A stretch of 64,000 nt of DNA from Schizochytrium sp. TIO01. Its lineage: Eukaryota; Protista; Bigyra: Labyrinthulomycetes. Position numbers and translations under genes: made by a program. This document shows, piece by piece, positions 44,165 through 56,851 of the stretch. Location: contig SMSO01000031.1 of NCBI GenBank assembly GCA_004764695.1, positions 906,436-970,435 on the forward strand. Reading direction: 5' to 3'. The notes under the pieces were generated by a model, which worked only from the letters and a program-made list of their open reading frames with translations, did no database searches and was not told the DNA's origin. Numbering within the stretch: position 1 is the stretch's first letter; each line of letters starts with the position of its first letter.

Positions 44165-45660
44165 TACATTTTGGATGAAAATGATCGTAAAGGTGCACAC
44201 TTGGTCCATGATTTATTGCGACCGTGGTTTCGAAAAGCAAATCCCCTTTTAAAGCCTATTTATGGATTTTATCATCAAATCCCGAAATACGAAGTCAATT
44301 GCTGAGAATAGCCCGGAGCGGGCAGTTTCCAGTTAGTCAGTATGTTTCGAAGTTGCTCGCGTTCTGTTCTACATACTTCTTGAAGTCAGTTGGACTCATA
44401 TCATCAGCACATTTGGCTATACTGAGGTCGAAGAACATAGATTCTCCTGTGTCTTTGTGAAATCACAGTGCAAAACACCATGTCCGTGGGTTTTGGCTAG
44501 ATACTCACAGCTTTCCCTACAAACTCACCACTGAGAGTTGTCTCACTTGGAAACATCACCACCTGAATAAATCAACATCGACGAACTCTGGGATGCATTC
44601 ACTCTGTAGCGAGGCAACTTCCTATAAATTGAAGCTCGTGTTGAAGTTCCGGGACCTGCTTTTATTGCTTAAACGTGTCCCAAATCTTCAGCATAGTGTC
44701 CTCATGGCCTGACTTTAGGAGTATCTGAACACGCACCGCTCGGCCCGTGCGCCCAGCTGGGAGATTCACCTAACCTTGGAGATTAATAAAGTACAATGGT
44801 TTTTCATCTACAGTCAGATCTTTAGTAAAAAGGCGCGATCTGGTGGGACACTTCTAATTTCATGGTTTTCCTTTTTGACATCTTTTTCCGCACTGTAAGC
44901 CTCTTGCAACTTTTGGTGATCTTGACAAGGGTTGCCACGATGACTACCTGGACATGGTATAAGGAAATCATCTGTGCCTTGACCATCGCTTTCAGGTATT
45001 TCACCTTCATAGGCAGTCGAAATACTATGTGCAACGAACTGTAGCACACCGATCTTTCCCTGGTTTGTATTTCTCTCAGTGTCTTCCAAAATAGGCTTAG
45101 TGATCAGAAAGTTTCCTGAACAGTCTTTAAAACAAGCAAGGGTCTGCTTATAATTCGTGTAAATGCCAGCAAACAAAGCTTTTCTTACCATGTAATTGTA
45201 GGTCTGGCGAACAACTTAGTCTTTCGTCTGCCGCTGCTATTCACAACCTCCATAGTCTCGCTCACAATAACGTTCAGCAAAATTGTCGAATGAAGAACCA
45301 AGGTATTTGTATTCTTCAACAATGATTGGTTCGAATGCAGCACCTTTATCGTGGTTACGATAAAGCAGCACCTTTATCGTGGTTACGATAAAGCAGCACC
45401 TTTATCGTGGTTACGATAAAGCATAGCAAAGTCTGCCTGCAATTATATCCAAAGGGCTCTCAACAAAAGATCATTTTCATGGGAAACGAAATATTTGTTC
45501 CTGTAGTATGGTATATGTCACTACATTCATGAGACAACTAAAAGATAAAGATACCAATGTCTGAAGCTGACAACGCTCGACCTCTTAATGCAACATCCGT
45601 GGCATCCTCCTTATTGAGTGTTATACTTAGTTCTTTGAGGATGCTGACTTTTGTTACGAG
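44165..45660 (-). pseudogene. Decayed restriction-endonuclease-like plus protein kinase gene (Crinkler/CR-effector-like C-terminal architecture)
   Basis: Motifs appear in order across frameshifts and stops: ADFAM...IIVEEYK, VVRQTYNYM...GIYTNYKQT, then MLKIWD, ELQHELQ/YRKL/SLQSECIPEF, THGHGVLHCDF (HCD at 44470-44462) and FFDLSIAK. Confidence 0.6.
45337..45423. repeat. Three exact tandem 28-bp units, each containing a hairpin
   Basis: (GCAGCACCTTTATCGTGGTTACGATAAA)x3 plus GCA. The stem is CTTTATCGT/ACGATAAAG. Confidence 0.95.
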
Positions 45661-46701
45661 TTAGCAGATTACTGCCAATTCTCTTGTTAATTAATTTTGC
45701 ATTGTTGCGTGAAGCGATACTTCGGTCATTGGTTTTTTCAAATGGGTGGAAACAACGAATTCTTAGGGCGCTTACCGACAGCATCTCGCTTGTAGCCCCT
45801 CGCTTGTAGCCCCTCGATTGATGCCAGAGTCTCAATGTTCCTTTTGCGCTCTTGGCTTAGAGCTCTGTAAAACGATAATAGTGGTCGGTATAATTGGAAA
45901 TTATTGTTAAAGCCATATCGTAGGCGGGAAACAAATGAGTAAAGCTTCCAAGTTCATGATTTCATCGAGCAACTGTGTACCTGTATCTACCAATTCACAT
46001 GGGGTCCCCGAGGATATCAAAAAAGTGAATGTGTGTACCCGCGCATATGAGCACTTTTCGCGTAAACCATTAGGATTGCAAACCTCTTTCAATTAAGAAC
46101 TGCTCACAGACCCTCGCCGGAGCCCTAGAGCGTTGAGTTTTGCTTGCATCAGAACGAGCTAGCTAGCTGTCGGGAGCCACCTGGAGGGGGGGGGGGATGT
46201 CACTACTGCTTGTGCATGCAGAGGTTTACGAGCACTACGGCTGGTGGGCCGAGGACCCAGGGAGCTTTTACGTGTTTCAGGCTTCGGGAGGACGTCGCGC
46301 AGGATGGCAGGCGGACCTTACTACGTCTCAGGTGCATAGACAGCGACGAGCGTCGAAGCGATTAAGGTGGTGGCTGAGAATTTTTTCTGCTGCTGGTCTT
46401 GGAAACCCTTCTGCAACTAAGGTTACGCCTCGCCCCTCGGACTCCTACTTTTAGAATCACAAGTACATAGTAAAGTTTTATGATAAATAAACAAAACATG
46501 TTTCAATGAACTCGTTCGTAAACCACAGTATGCTTATCTGAATGTGAGACTGATAGAACAACGAATCGTAAAATGATACTTTGTGTCTATCAAAGATGCA
46601 GATTGAGAGCGTCTAGCTTGTGGACAACGTTGTTTCATGCGGACGTATCTAATTAGTACAATGACGATTCAAATAATTCGATGCTATTTATTTACTAAAG
46701 T

Positions 46702-46753
46702 ATCAGTATGAAACAACTAAGCAGTTCATCAGTATGAAACAACTAAGCAGTTC
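46702..46753. repeat. 26-bp exact tandem duplication
   Basis: (ATCAGTATGAAACAACTAAGCAGTTC)x2. A 14-bp duplication also occurs at 45785-45812. Confidence 0.9.
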
Positions 46754-47457
46754 AAAAGCTAAGAGTGTTCTTGAACTGCTTATTGCATTCACTGGATCTC
46801 GGTGAAAGGCTAGCTTTTTTTGGTTGTTCCCGACTTGTCTTCATATTTTCCTCTGAGATTATAAGGTAGCAACAAAAGTTGGTGGTCTTATACCCAAGGC
46901 TGAAGCCCAAAACACAAGCTTTACACATATGCAAATGATTGTTTGGCTTTCCCTTCAATTTGGTGAATCAAATGTATGAATGTGGAATTGAGGTAAAGTG
47001 AGGCGCCATCATGGGTGCATCGCAGTGCCAGGCCAAGAGGATCACAACGGATGGATGAGCACCAAATTTAAAATTCATAGTATAAAATGGTTTGGCTATT
47101 CTTTGATGAAGAAATATCTTTGGAGTTTTTTGTTTCTTGCTTTTGGCTTTTGGTGTATATCAAACTTGAACTTGATATTTTAATGGGCAGCAGAGTGGAG
47201 AAAGCCTGGTTTTAATTGCATGCACCTCCTGATAGTATGTGTAAATTCTAGTGTGCAGTGATATGTCGCGGTGTTATCGTTATTGTTGAATTTCAAGTGG
47301 TTGCTACTCTCTCTCTCTCTCTCATGGTATCATCGGTGACCAGAGAGAACAAATACAACCAATGCTAGACATGTAGTCCTTCGCTGCAGGATATGTTGTT
47401 TGGTAAGCGTGTAAGCGTGTATTCGAGTGAGCTGAGTTTGCTCAGTAGAACAGATAC

Positions 47458-49198
47458 TTATGCAAAGTAAAAGCCGACCCGCTGCTTGAGGAACTTGCCA
47501 ATAAACAGGTCACAATACACCTTCTTGCCCTTTTCGGAATCAGCAAGGGGGCCAGGGCCTTGAGGATGCCTGATCTGGATGTTGGTCTTCAGACGGTAGC
47601 GATACCCTTTCTTTTCAATGTGATCGCGCTTACCGGTGTGCCCACCAGAAACCATGACTGCGGTTTCCATGTGCTTTCCATTGTTATATGTCTTGCCAAA
47701 GTCGCACTCTGCACGTACTTCCCGAGTAATGAGGAATGGGTCATGGTCCTCCTGGGCGATATTCTCGCGTAACATATACAGCGCAATATTAACTGAGGGC
47801 GCGGCACGTTTGCTTCCTGAACGTTGCGACATAAGAGTGACATCAAACTCCGGCTCCCAAGATCTGCGGTCTTCCTGCTTATACGAGATATAGACTTCGA
47901 TATAGTCGTCTCCGTAGCTGAGAGTCTTGAAGTGAAGACCTGTGTGGTGGGAATAGTCCTTGCCAAATTGGTTGACGAGAAATGTGATCTTGGCGACATC
48001 GTCAACCGCGTGGTCACTCCATCCGCGGTTGCCTCCGTGAGCATTGGATCCCTGTTCCTTTTCGTATGATTCGTCAAATGCAGATGCTGATTTCCAGAAC
48101 GAAAACCAGTGGTTGGTGCCATAGGTACGGTCATACCACACGAGAGCACATGGCTCAGTGCGGCTGAATGCATCAGGAGTACGTAGACGGTACGTGCGAC
48201 CGGGTACGAGGTAAATGAACTGCTCTGGGTGGAGCCATCCAAGACGATGGGCCTGGGCAGGAACCACTCCAGCAGGGCCGGGCTCGTCAATGGGAGGAAT
48301 GTACTTGGATCCTCCCTGGGTCGAAAGCACATCACCGTACTCCTTGAGGAATTTCCACGTGCCGTCAGGGTGTCTATAATTAGCACGCAAAGAGTGGCCA
48401 AGCCCAAGGTTATGAATGAATTCATGCCAGGCACACGGGAGACTTGAATTCTTCAAGATAAGGTACCCACTACCCGAGCCGTTGCCATTAAAAGGATTGA
48501 GCACAGATGAAGGGTTCAGCATGACCTTTGGCGAGGAACTCGCGCTGGCGGTTGTACGGGGTCACATTTTCGGTGTTAGCGGAGTCCTCACTGTTATCGT
48601 CGTCAGTTTCATGCTCGTCGGTCTGCTCGAAAGAGTTTCTATCTTCACTGCGCGGACCGAGGATGGATGCCAAAAAATATCCATCTCTAGTATTCTTTTT
48701 GCCTTTGCTCTTAGCGCGCATAATATTGCGAACCTTGTCCTTAAACTTGACGGCATCTCGCAGAGTCCAGTCACTATTTTTGTTCAACTCCAAACCTGTG
48801 TCAATGCGATCAAGGCCGTTGCCATACTGGGGACCAACGTCGAAGGTGTAGTTGCTCCAAAGTCTTAACTTGGAGAAAAAGAGGTCTGTCCACTCGTCGT
48901 CGGAGACAGGCGGAAATTCTTCCTCAGGAATTCCGTACATGCTCTCATTGAGTACATTCGTGTACTCAGCGTGCAGGAACTGTACGCGTGCCTTGCGAAT
49001 GATACGGCTTTTCCATGGGTTGGGAACGATGCCTTCATCAAACTTGGTGTCGAGACTATTGTCAACTTCGAACTTCGCAAAGACGGGTTTCTCGACAGTG
49101 TTCAAGAAAATCGGTTTGCTCGCCTCAACTACAATCGCTGCCATGGATGCCATCGTGGCGACCAAAAGATAGGCCTTGGCCATCGATGAACTTGCCAT
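47458..49198 (-). CDS. Secreted metzincin metallopeptidase, M11 (gametolysin)-like; split by a +1 frameshift near 48526 (joined about 579 aa)
   Basis: Signal peptide in ORF 49198-48488. HEFIHNLGLGHS zinc motif, EYGD and AHRLGWL in ORF 48522-47458. Confidence 0.8.
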
Positions 49199-50319
49199 GG
49201 TTTCCTCTGCGTCTCTTACTCTACCACGACCTCAAAAGTCGAGTAGGGAGTATTAGATTTGCAGCCCGAGTGCCAAGAATCGAGAGAGAACGAAGTCGCT
49301 TAACAATCGGTTCAGCAAAACCGACCAAGCAAGACAGTCACCAGGTTTCCTAACCTGTAATGCCTCCAATCTGAGCAGCTGATACCGCCGCTCCTGCTGC
49401 TGCTCGCCGTAGTGGGGGCGGCTGAGACAGCGACCACGGCGACTGGTCAATTGATTTATTGATTATCGATCGATCGAAATCGATCAATCCATCTTCCTTA
49501 CTTTATCATTTTACTAAATAATAATAAATGATGTTGTTTTTAATTTCTCTATTTTTTTTATAAAATAGTAATAAATAAAAGCATTTTCATTTGGAGCCGC
49601 ATTTTTCCATTTATATCAATCTATTCTTGATAGCACCTTTAGTAGCTATTCCCTAGGCAAGCAAGCAAGCACCGAGACCGGTTCTCACTCTCACTCTGGT
49701 TACTTAAACGCTGTTTCAGACAGCCCGTTTGCTTTTAAGGAGAAAGCTCTGCGTTGAATACCCTCCGCACCTATTGCAAATGCTTTTAAACTCCCAGTTC
49801 AGCGGGGAGAGTAAAAGCTTTACTAATCGTGCAAATACAAAGTTGAAAGAAAACCAACAGATCTCGCTTGGTCTTCTCCTTCTTCTGCTGCTGCTCCATA
49901 GCAGTAGCTACGTAGGCACTACGCCAACGCTGGAAAACAGTAAGAAAACCTAAAAAGAAAACAAAGCAAATTGTACGTTAGCATGAAAGCAAAGTTGACG
50001 TTCAATTGCTTGTCTGTTTGCTTGCTCAAAACATAGCACCCAAAGCGCTGTCAACACTGTCAAGTGCATCAACGTGGGCAGCCGCACACCCTCGTGGGGT
50101 TTAAAACGCAGAGAGAGCTTCATCCCTTTGGCCCAGACAGAAGAGCACGCGCGAAAGACTTTGTTTCGAGGTTGCGAAAAATGGCCATTAAAGGTGTGCA
50201 TTGTAAAACCACTTGAGCATCCTATGAGTCCGAAGGGGGAGAATGAGGTCTTTCTTCTTTTCAATCATTGTTAGTTCCCTCCTTTATTCTGGTCTATGTT
50301 CTTCTGAGTAGTAAAGTCT

Positions 50320-50320
<1 letters not shown>

Positions 50321-50396
<76 letters not shown>
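50321..50396. repeat. (CTTT)19 microsatellite
   Basis: Read directly. Confidence 0.95.
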
Positions 50397-50400
<4 letters not shown>

Positions 50401-53126
50401 TTACCTTCTTTTTTATTTTATTTTAAATTAAAGTAAAAGCAAAAGTATAACGTAAGGCGCTGCGAATCTGTGCGTCCGATAGGGATCGCAGTTTCCTTCA
50501 AAACTTGCTGATATGAATCCTCGAATTATATCGCACCGCACGCCCGTCGCTACTCAGCCAAAGCTCAGGGGTTCCGAGCTTTTTCCCGTGAGCTTAGCAG
50601 TCTTGACACAGAAGGAGAGAGAAGGTGAGAGAAAGTTAAGAAAGATTGAGGTTGATTTAAAAGAAGGACTCCTGCCTTTTAGGCTACTAACTCCCACTAT
50701 ACTAAACCCATAGGACTCCGCCTCAAAGTAACGGAGTGGTCCCAACTACCTCACGCAAAGAGGAAACGACGGAGAACGCTCAGTTAATTGAAAGAATAAT
50801 AGTAATAATGATGATGATGATGATGATGATGATTTTTATTTTATTCTATTTAGAGATTGCAATTCGCGCGTGGCTTGGAAGTTAAGTTGTAAATCTTCAA
50901 GACATACAACCAACATAAAAACGCGCTGGGATCCTAATTGCCGATCTTCATATTTGCCTTGCGATGTAAGTAAGGACCACCGAGTGTTCTCTCCCCTCAC
51001 ACAGTAGATATGATTTGCGTGGTCGCCATGACAGAGCAAACTGTTGGGCTAATTTGTGGGTGAGATCTTAGAATAAAAGGATTATAGCAAAGCGCCATTG
51101 ATGTGCCAGGCAGCTAGCTAGCTAGCTGCGATATCGGTCAGCATTTAGGAATCAATCCTTCATGGCACGCGAACAAACTTTAGCGATGAGGTTGTTGCAG
51201 TAGATTACCTTCGTGGAAAACGCTCTGAAGATGATGAAGACTGATCGATTTGATGAAGTTGCGGTGTGCCCAGAAGACTTGATTTTTGGTTCCCTTTCCT
51301 CTGCTCTTTTCCCCCCTTCTTTGACCTTCATTGATTGACAAAACGCAGAACATTTCCCAAGATCCCATATTATCAAAATCATCACCATCATCATTATCAT
51401 TGCTTCTATTACTATTCTAAAAAACAGCTCGAAATGTTCTCTAATTAAATTAATTTTTAAAGTTTAAAAAGCAAAATCGAAAAGACAGGTTTTTCAATCA
51501 AAAATAAATAAATAATAATAATAATAATAATATATATATAAGAAGAAGAAGACACGTAAACGTCGAACAATCGAGATCGACTTAATAGGGCCAAAACTGG
51601 TTCCTGGAGTGCGATTTGCAGCGCTTTCTGCTCTTTTGCTCAGCTTCCGCGGAGTTCTGATTTATTTTCAGACGCTACAGACGTTTTTTTTCTTCTTTTC
51701 TTTCAACAATGATCATATGACTGCGATCCTTTTTCTCCAGTAAAACTATTCCCACCTACCTATAAGTACGAAGTAGTTAGTTTCTCTGAAGAAGCGGATA
51801 CTAATCACAATACTCTAAAAGGAGGAGCCGATCGGGACCGACCGAAAAGGACACAGAGAGGGGCAGAAGAAGTTCTCTTAAACTAATAACCACGAAATGT
51901 GATCATTGCAATGCATCGCTCTTCTCTCCCTCTTTCTTTCCCCCTCTCCATTTAATCTCCATAACTATCGTCGCAATCGCCGCGAAGATAAAGAGGAAGT
52001 TTCGTTGATAAGCAATGTGGTGTCTCTCTCATGCTTAGAGCACCTTTTCATCCACATTCTACGAAGTCGTGTTGTTTCTCTTGAAAAAGTCGATCCTTTG
52101 TCTAAGCAAGACACGTGAAAGTTGAAAGAAAGGCTTCGAAATAGTAGGTACTGCAAGCTAAAACAGCAAAAATGGCAAAATTATCTATGTCTGTCTCCTT
52201 TCTTTTCATTCAGAGGAAGAACCCGAGATCGTGCTAGCTCCCTTTTCGTCTCGCCTGGTCGAATTCTTCCCTACTCCTGATATACACCCCATATCGGCGG
52301 TCTGTCAACACAGCATCGCGGCACCAGGGCGTACTGAAGGACGTTTGTGGTAACTTGGGGGCCTTCCAGTCAAGGCACGCCTGTGCGTCACGGGAAGAGA
52401 CTGAATGGACTCCGCTCGGAGCGTTAGGGTGGAGAAGAACCGTATCAGCCGAACGATGAGCGCGAAAAGCGAGAAAGCTTTCCTTTGGAGCGGGCTCCGC
52501 CTGTTTCTCTGCGCTATTGAGGCGTAAGCTGACGATGGAGCAGAAGGTCTGCCTGCGCATATTCTTCGATGAATCGGCACTGACGACCTCAAGTTCCCAT
52601 TCGTTGAGGGCTCAACGTTAAAAGCTTTAACGTTTCTTTTAAACATTTAATTTCAAAATTTAAATAAAAAATGAAGTATTCGATGCTACGCATGCATTTA
52701 CAGCGTAATGCCGAAAGGGAGGGACTAGGATGTGGTAGAGGGAACTATTGTGGGGATGTGAGATGATGGTGGGCGCTTGACGCGCTGTGGGGATGAAGTG
52801 GGCTGCTTCGAGGACCATCGGATCGACTGGAGTCCTCTGCGGCCTCTGCGATGTAAAAGCTGCCGTTTAGAAGAACTGCCGCATTTTGTGGCCGAGGGTG
52901 AACAATTGGGGCAGGGGCTGATACGGCTGAGGACTGAAAGGCTGAACGACAGGGCTCCGGCGTACTATTGCTCTTAAAACCAAAATGTCAAAAGCATATT
53001 TAGTGTATATATACAAATATATATATTTATAATATAATTTTAAAAATAACTTTTTAAAACGTTATAAGTTAATAAATACTACTACTAATAATAATAATAA
53101 TACCACAGAGAATGCATAGGTACTAC

Positions 53127-54590
53127 TCAACGGAAGTTGGAGAAAGGAGCAGTTTTCCGGTAGCAGTTGACGATGTTCAATAGTTGTGATCGAGACAAAA
53201 CAATGTCAATACTCACAGGCACTAGGAATATTCTCGAGAGGGAGAGGATTTCGGTAAAGTTAGTAGTTATCGATCCGGCACCATGAATTATAGTCAGAGG
53301 CGAGATCTCTCTGGGAAGGGTCCAGAAACATGTGAACAATGAAGAAAACGCGGAGAATGCTCAAGATGCTCAAGACTTGGATCTAACTGACCTCTCCGGT
53401 TTAACTCAGTCTAGTCCCTGTGCAGCTGCCATTGAAAAGATAGCGAGTGTGGATATTAAACCCTGCTTGACACCAATTGTGATATGCCAAGTGGCTGGTT
53501 TGTATCAAGAACGGGCAGCTGCGGTCAAGCTAGCTGGCGCAGCAGATCCAATTAGACAGAACAGTAATTTTGTTGACGAAATCTAATAAATTTTTCAAAC
53601 GACACACGAAGAAGGCAATTCTGGATGAGATTTCCCGTCAGAAGTTGCCCATATTTCGAGAAGCGATAGCCTGGTTATCCAGCTTACTTCTTGTGCCACC
53701 AGGATGATAACTTCAAAATCATCAGGTTTGATGGGTATCCAAATTATGGGTCCCAAGACCTTGCTCAACGAAAATTATTTATTCTACTTGCAGGGCGGAT
53801 TCTGGGCTGCAAGAAAAAATCTTTAGAACAGATTCAAAGCAAACTTGAACAGTCGTGCAAATTCTTACTTCAACCCGGACGCTATCTGAAAAGACAAGGC
53901 AACTTTTGCTCAGAATCTATATGCCAATTTTGTGAGGTGATTAACATGGAACACAGCTTCTAGATCGACCGACGAGTGTATCCAGTAATGTTGTCCTCTC
54001 GCAATCAACGCTTTCATGGTAAATATAACCCCACTGCCTTTCACAATGTTCCTGAACCTCGTCCATTTTTGCAAATGATGCATGCAATGCATAATCGTGT
54101 GCATTTTAGCATTTTCGTTGGCCAGGCACTCGACTATTCGTGACTGGCTGTGGTTTAATTAATGATGTTCGCGAGTGGCAAATTAAAATCGACGAAGTTG
54201 TTAAGTCTATAGGAAAAAACAATTACGGGATGCATATAGCAGCCTTGGATTGTCCACTCTCCAACTCTCAGAAGCTACTTTTAGCAATCATTTTTTCCAA
54301 GTTGGCGCAAACTTTAGAATCATTAGCAACATAAACGAGTTCAATGCGTATCATCGTCATTCAAGTAGGTACCTGCACTATGAGTATCTTGTTATTGCCT
54401 CGCCGAAAGGCATATGAAAACAAGTGGATCTAATCTCAATTTATTTGATTGCGTGGAACACTATCGTCTTTCACACTGAGCTAGGAGACGGAACAAGAGA
54501 TGTAATATAACATAGATTCTACATATAAATCCAAGCGCGAGCTCAGTCGCTCTTTGATGGAGTGTTTTAGAGAAGTACGATGTTCATAAG
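53127..54590 (+). pseudogene. Possible decayed coding sequence of unknown family
   Basis: Successive same-strand protein-like ORF fragments (53332, 53691, 54140) between two very AT-rich tracts. No recognisable motif. Confidence 0.25.
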
Positions 54591-56851
54591 ATTTTTAAAA
54601 ATCTAAATTAATTTAAATAAATATACCTATATTTATTTATTTATTTATTTATTTGTTAGTACATTTTAAATTGAACAATAACTTATAAAATATTGTTTAT
54701 ATATATATATATATTTAATAACCTGTTTGTTAGTCCATAAGTTCGAGAGTTGTAAAAGAGTTGAAAAGCTCGTGAAGTGACCAATTGTTCATCAATCGTG
54801 CACTTGTCAGCAAGTTATCACGCAGGATAGTGGCACGAGACCCGGCCAGCTAGCCATTCGGCAGCTAATGTCGCATGCTTTTCACGTGAGTTCTTACCTA
54901 CGTCAAGAGGTTGTAGCGTAGCCTCCCCTGACTCTTAAAAAGAGAGTGTGCTGTTAAAGGGCGATCACGACACCTGCGATGACGTAGGTTTACCCACTTG
55001 ATTGAGGGGATCAGGTAGAGTGACGACATCCTTGGACATGGTATCGAATCGGTGACACTGATAGTAGCAACCTATACTTTAGTTGGTCATTGGCGATAAA
55101 ACTGAGTTAGGGAGGGATGAATCATGAGTCGTGAATCGAGAGTTGCCGTCAAACGATGTGTGCAATGAACGGAGAGATAGGAATACGAAGATGACTGATC
55201 ACAGATAGCAGGAGGTTTAGGAGAATTATGATGTACTAGGGAATCAGTGCATATAATCGCTCGATGCAACCTTAGGCTATGACCATCATCCTTTCTATAA
55301 TGAACCAAAATTTCAACTGCAAATAATAAATCGGCTTAGTACAAATTAATGAATGAACAACATCTTTTTGTGGACACTGTACTGATGACATAGCAGGCTA
55401 TGGTTATAGGTTGAGGTGTAAAATAGCATTCTTAACTGAACTTCAGAGGCAGATTAAAATAAAAATAAAACTTGAACTTTGGAAAAATAAAAATTGAAAC
55501 TATAGCATAGGATATGGGATGTCTCTCACCAAGAATTGTTTGACCAAGTTGACTAACTAAAATAACTGGGGTTCGTGAACTCCAATGACGAATGATCATC
55601 GCATTGAACAAAGAAATCTGGTAAGGGAAATTTTCGCATCCCAGACCTATACGCTCTCTGCAACCTTTTTTAATGATCAAAGCATCCTGAATATGTGTAT
55701 TTGGCTAGATTGTGCTGTCCAGCTCATATCTTTCCTGAATTATTGGCATTTCAAAAATTGCGATTCAGAAAGCGCAAGAGAAAAGACCTTTTCGTGTCGA
55801 GTTTGTCGTTATTACTATTCATTTTCTGAAAATATTGGCGAAGAACTTGAAGCTGATAGCTCTTCTCGTTGGTGCGTGCGTCAGCCACTACCAATCACTT
55901 GCTCAAGTTTCCATCTGACAATCCTGATTTTTCATTAGATGTAATGTCCAATATTTTCCTGTTGTATTTGCAACATTGTAAAAGGTCCGTGAGGCACGCA
56001 GCGGGCGCCTGTTTTTTTGGTTTTTCAATTTTTTTCATTTTTTTTTAAAGTGATGATAATGACGATTGGGCGAGAAATAAGATGAGGTAGGGTACAGTTG
56101 TGAGGTGAAAAGTCTCTGGTTATATCATGACTGAATGTTACTGAAGCGTTTCCCTGAAAGCCCAATGAGGTACCATAGAAAGGTCATGATATAGCTGAAC
56201 TGAGTCCAAATAACCAACTTCTAGGTCTTGCAAACATATAACTTTGTGCTCCAAATAATGCAGTTTCCCAAGATACAATCTTTGACAGGTACACTTAAAT
56301 AAGTGCATACTATGCACAATGGAGCAATGGACTTATTCATGCACGAGCGGAACTTTGAGGCCGTATGAAAAGTTATACGTGGGGCTTAAAAAGACACATT
56401 AAAAGAACCTTGTCACCTACAGGGAAGTCTCCATGGCATGTATTGTTTTTGCATCATTGCAACTAATGTCCTTATAGAAGCTCAGCTATGGATGATTTTT
56501 TGTCCATGAAATACCTCGAATCATTTTTAAAACTGTGCACGACTCTTATTTGAATCAGACCTTTGGTTTAGCAAGGACACGAGATTTGCAACAAATAATA
56601 ATAATAATATATATATACTGTAACCAGAAAAGTTAGATATGTATATGAGAGATAACTTGAATTACAACGAGAACAGCCGCCAAATAAAGATCACCTTCAA
56701 ATCCAGAATTATATAATCTTGAAACACAGCACGATAAAAATGCGTGGTGAAATAGAAGTACATGAATGCAAACAGCTTCATCAAATCAAAAGGATCAAAA
56801 CTCATGTCAAACTAGTCTACTGCCTTATCGAATGACATGAAGATTGTCATC

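Noticed and set aside
45337-45423. CRISPR-like palindromic 28-bp repeats
   Set aside because: The units are directly adjacent with no spacers, no cas genes are present and the context is eukaryotic.
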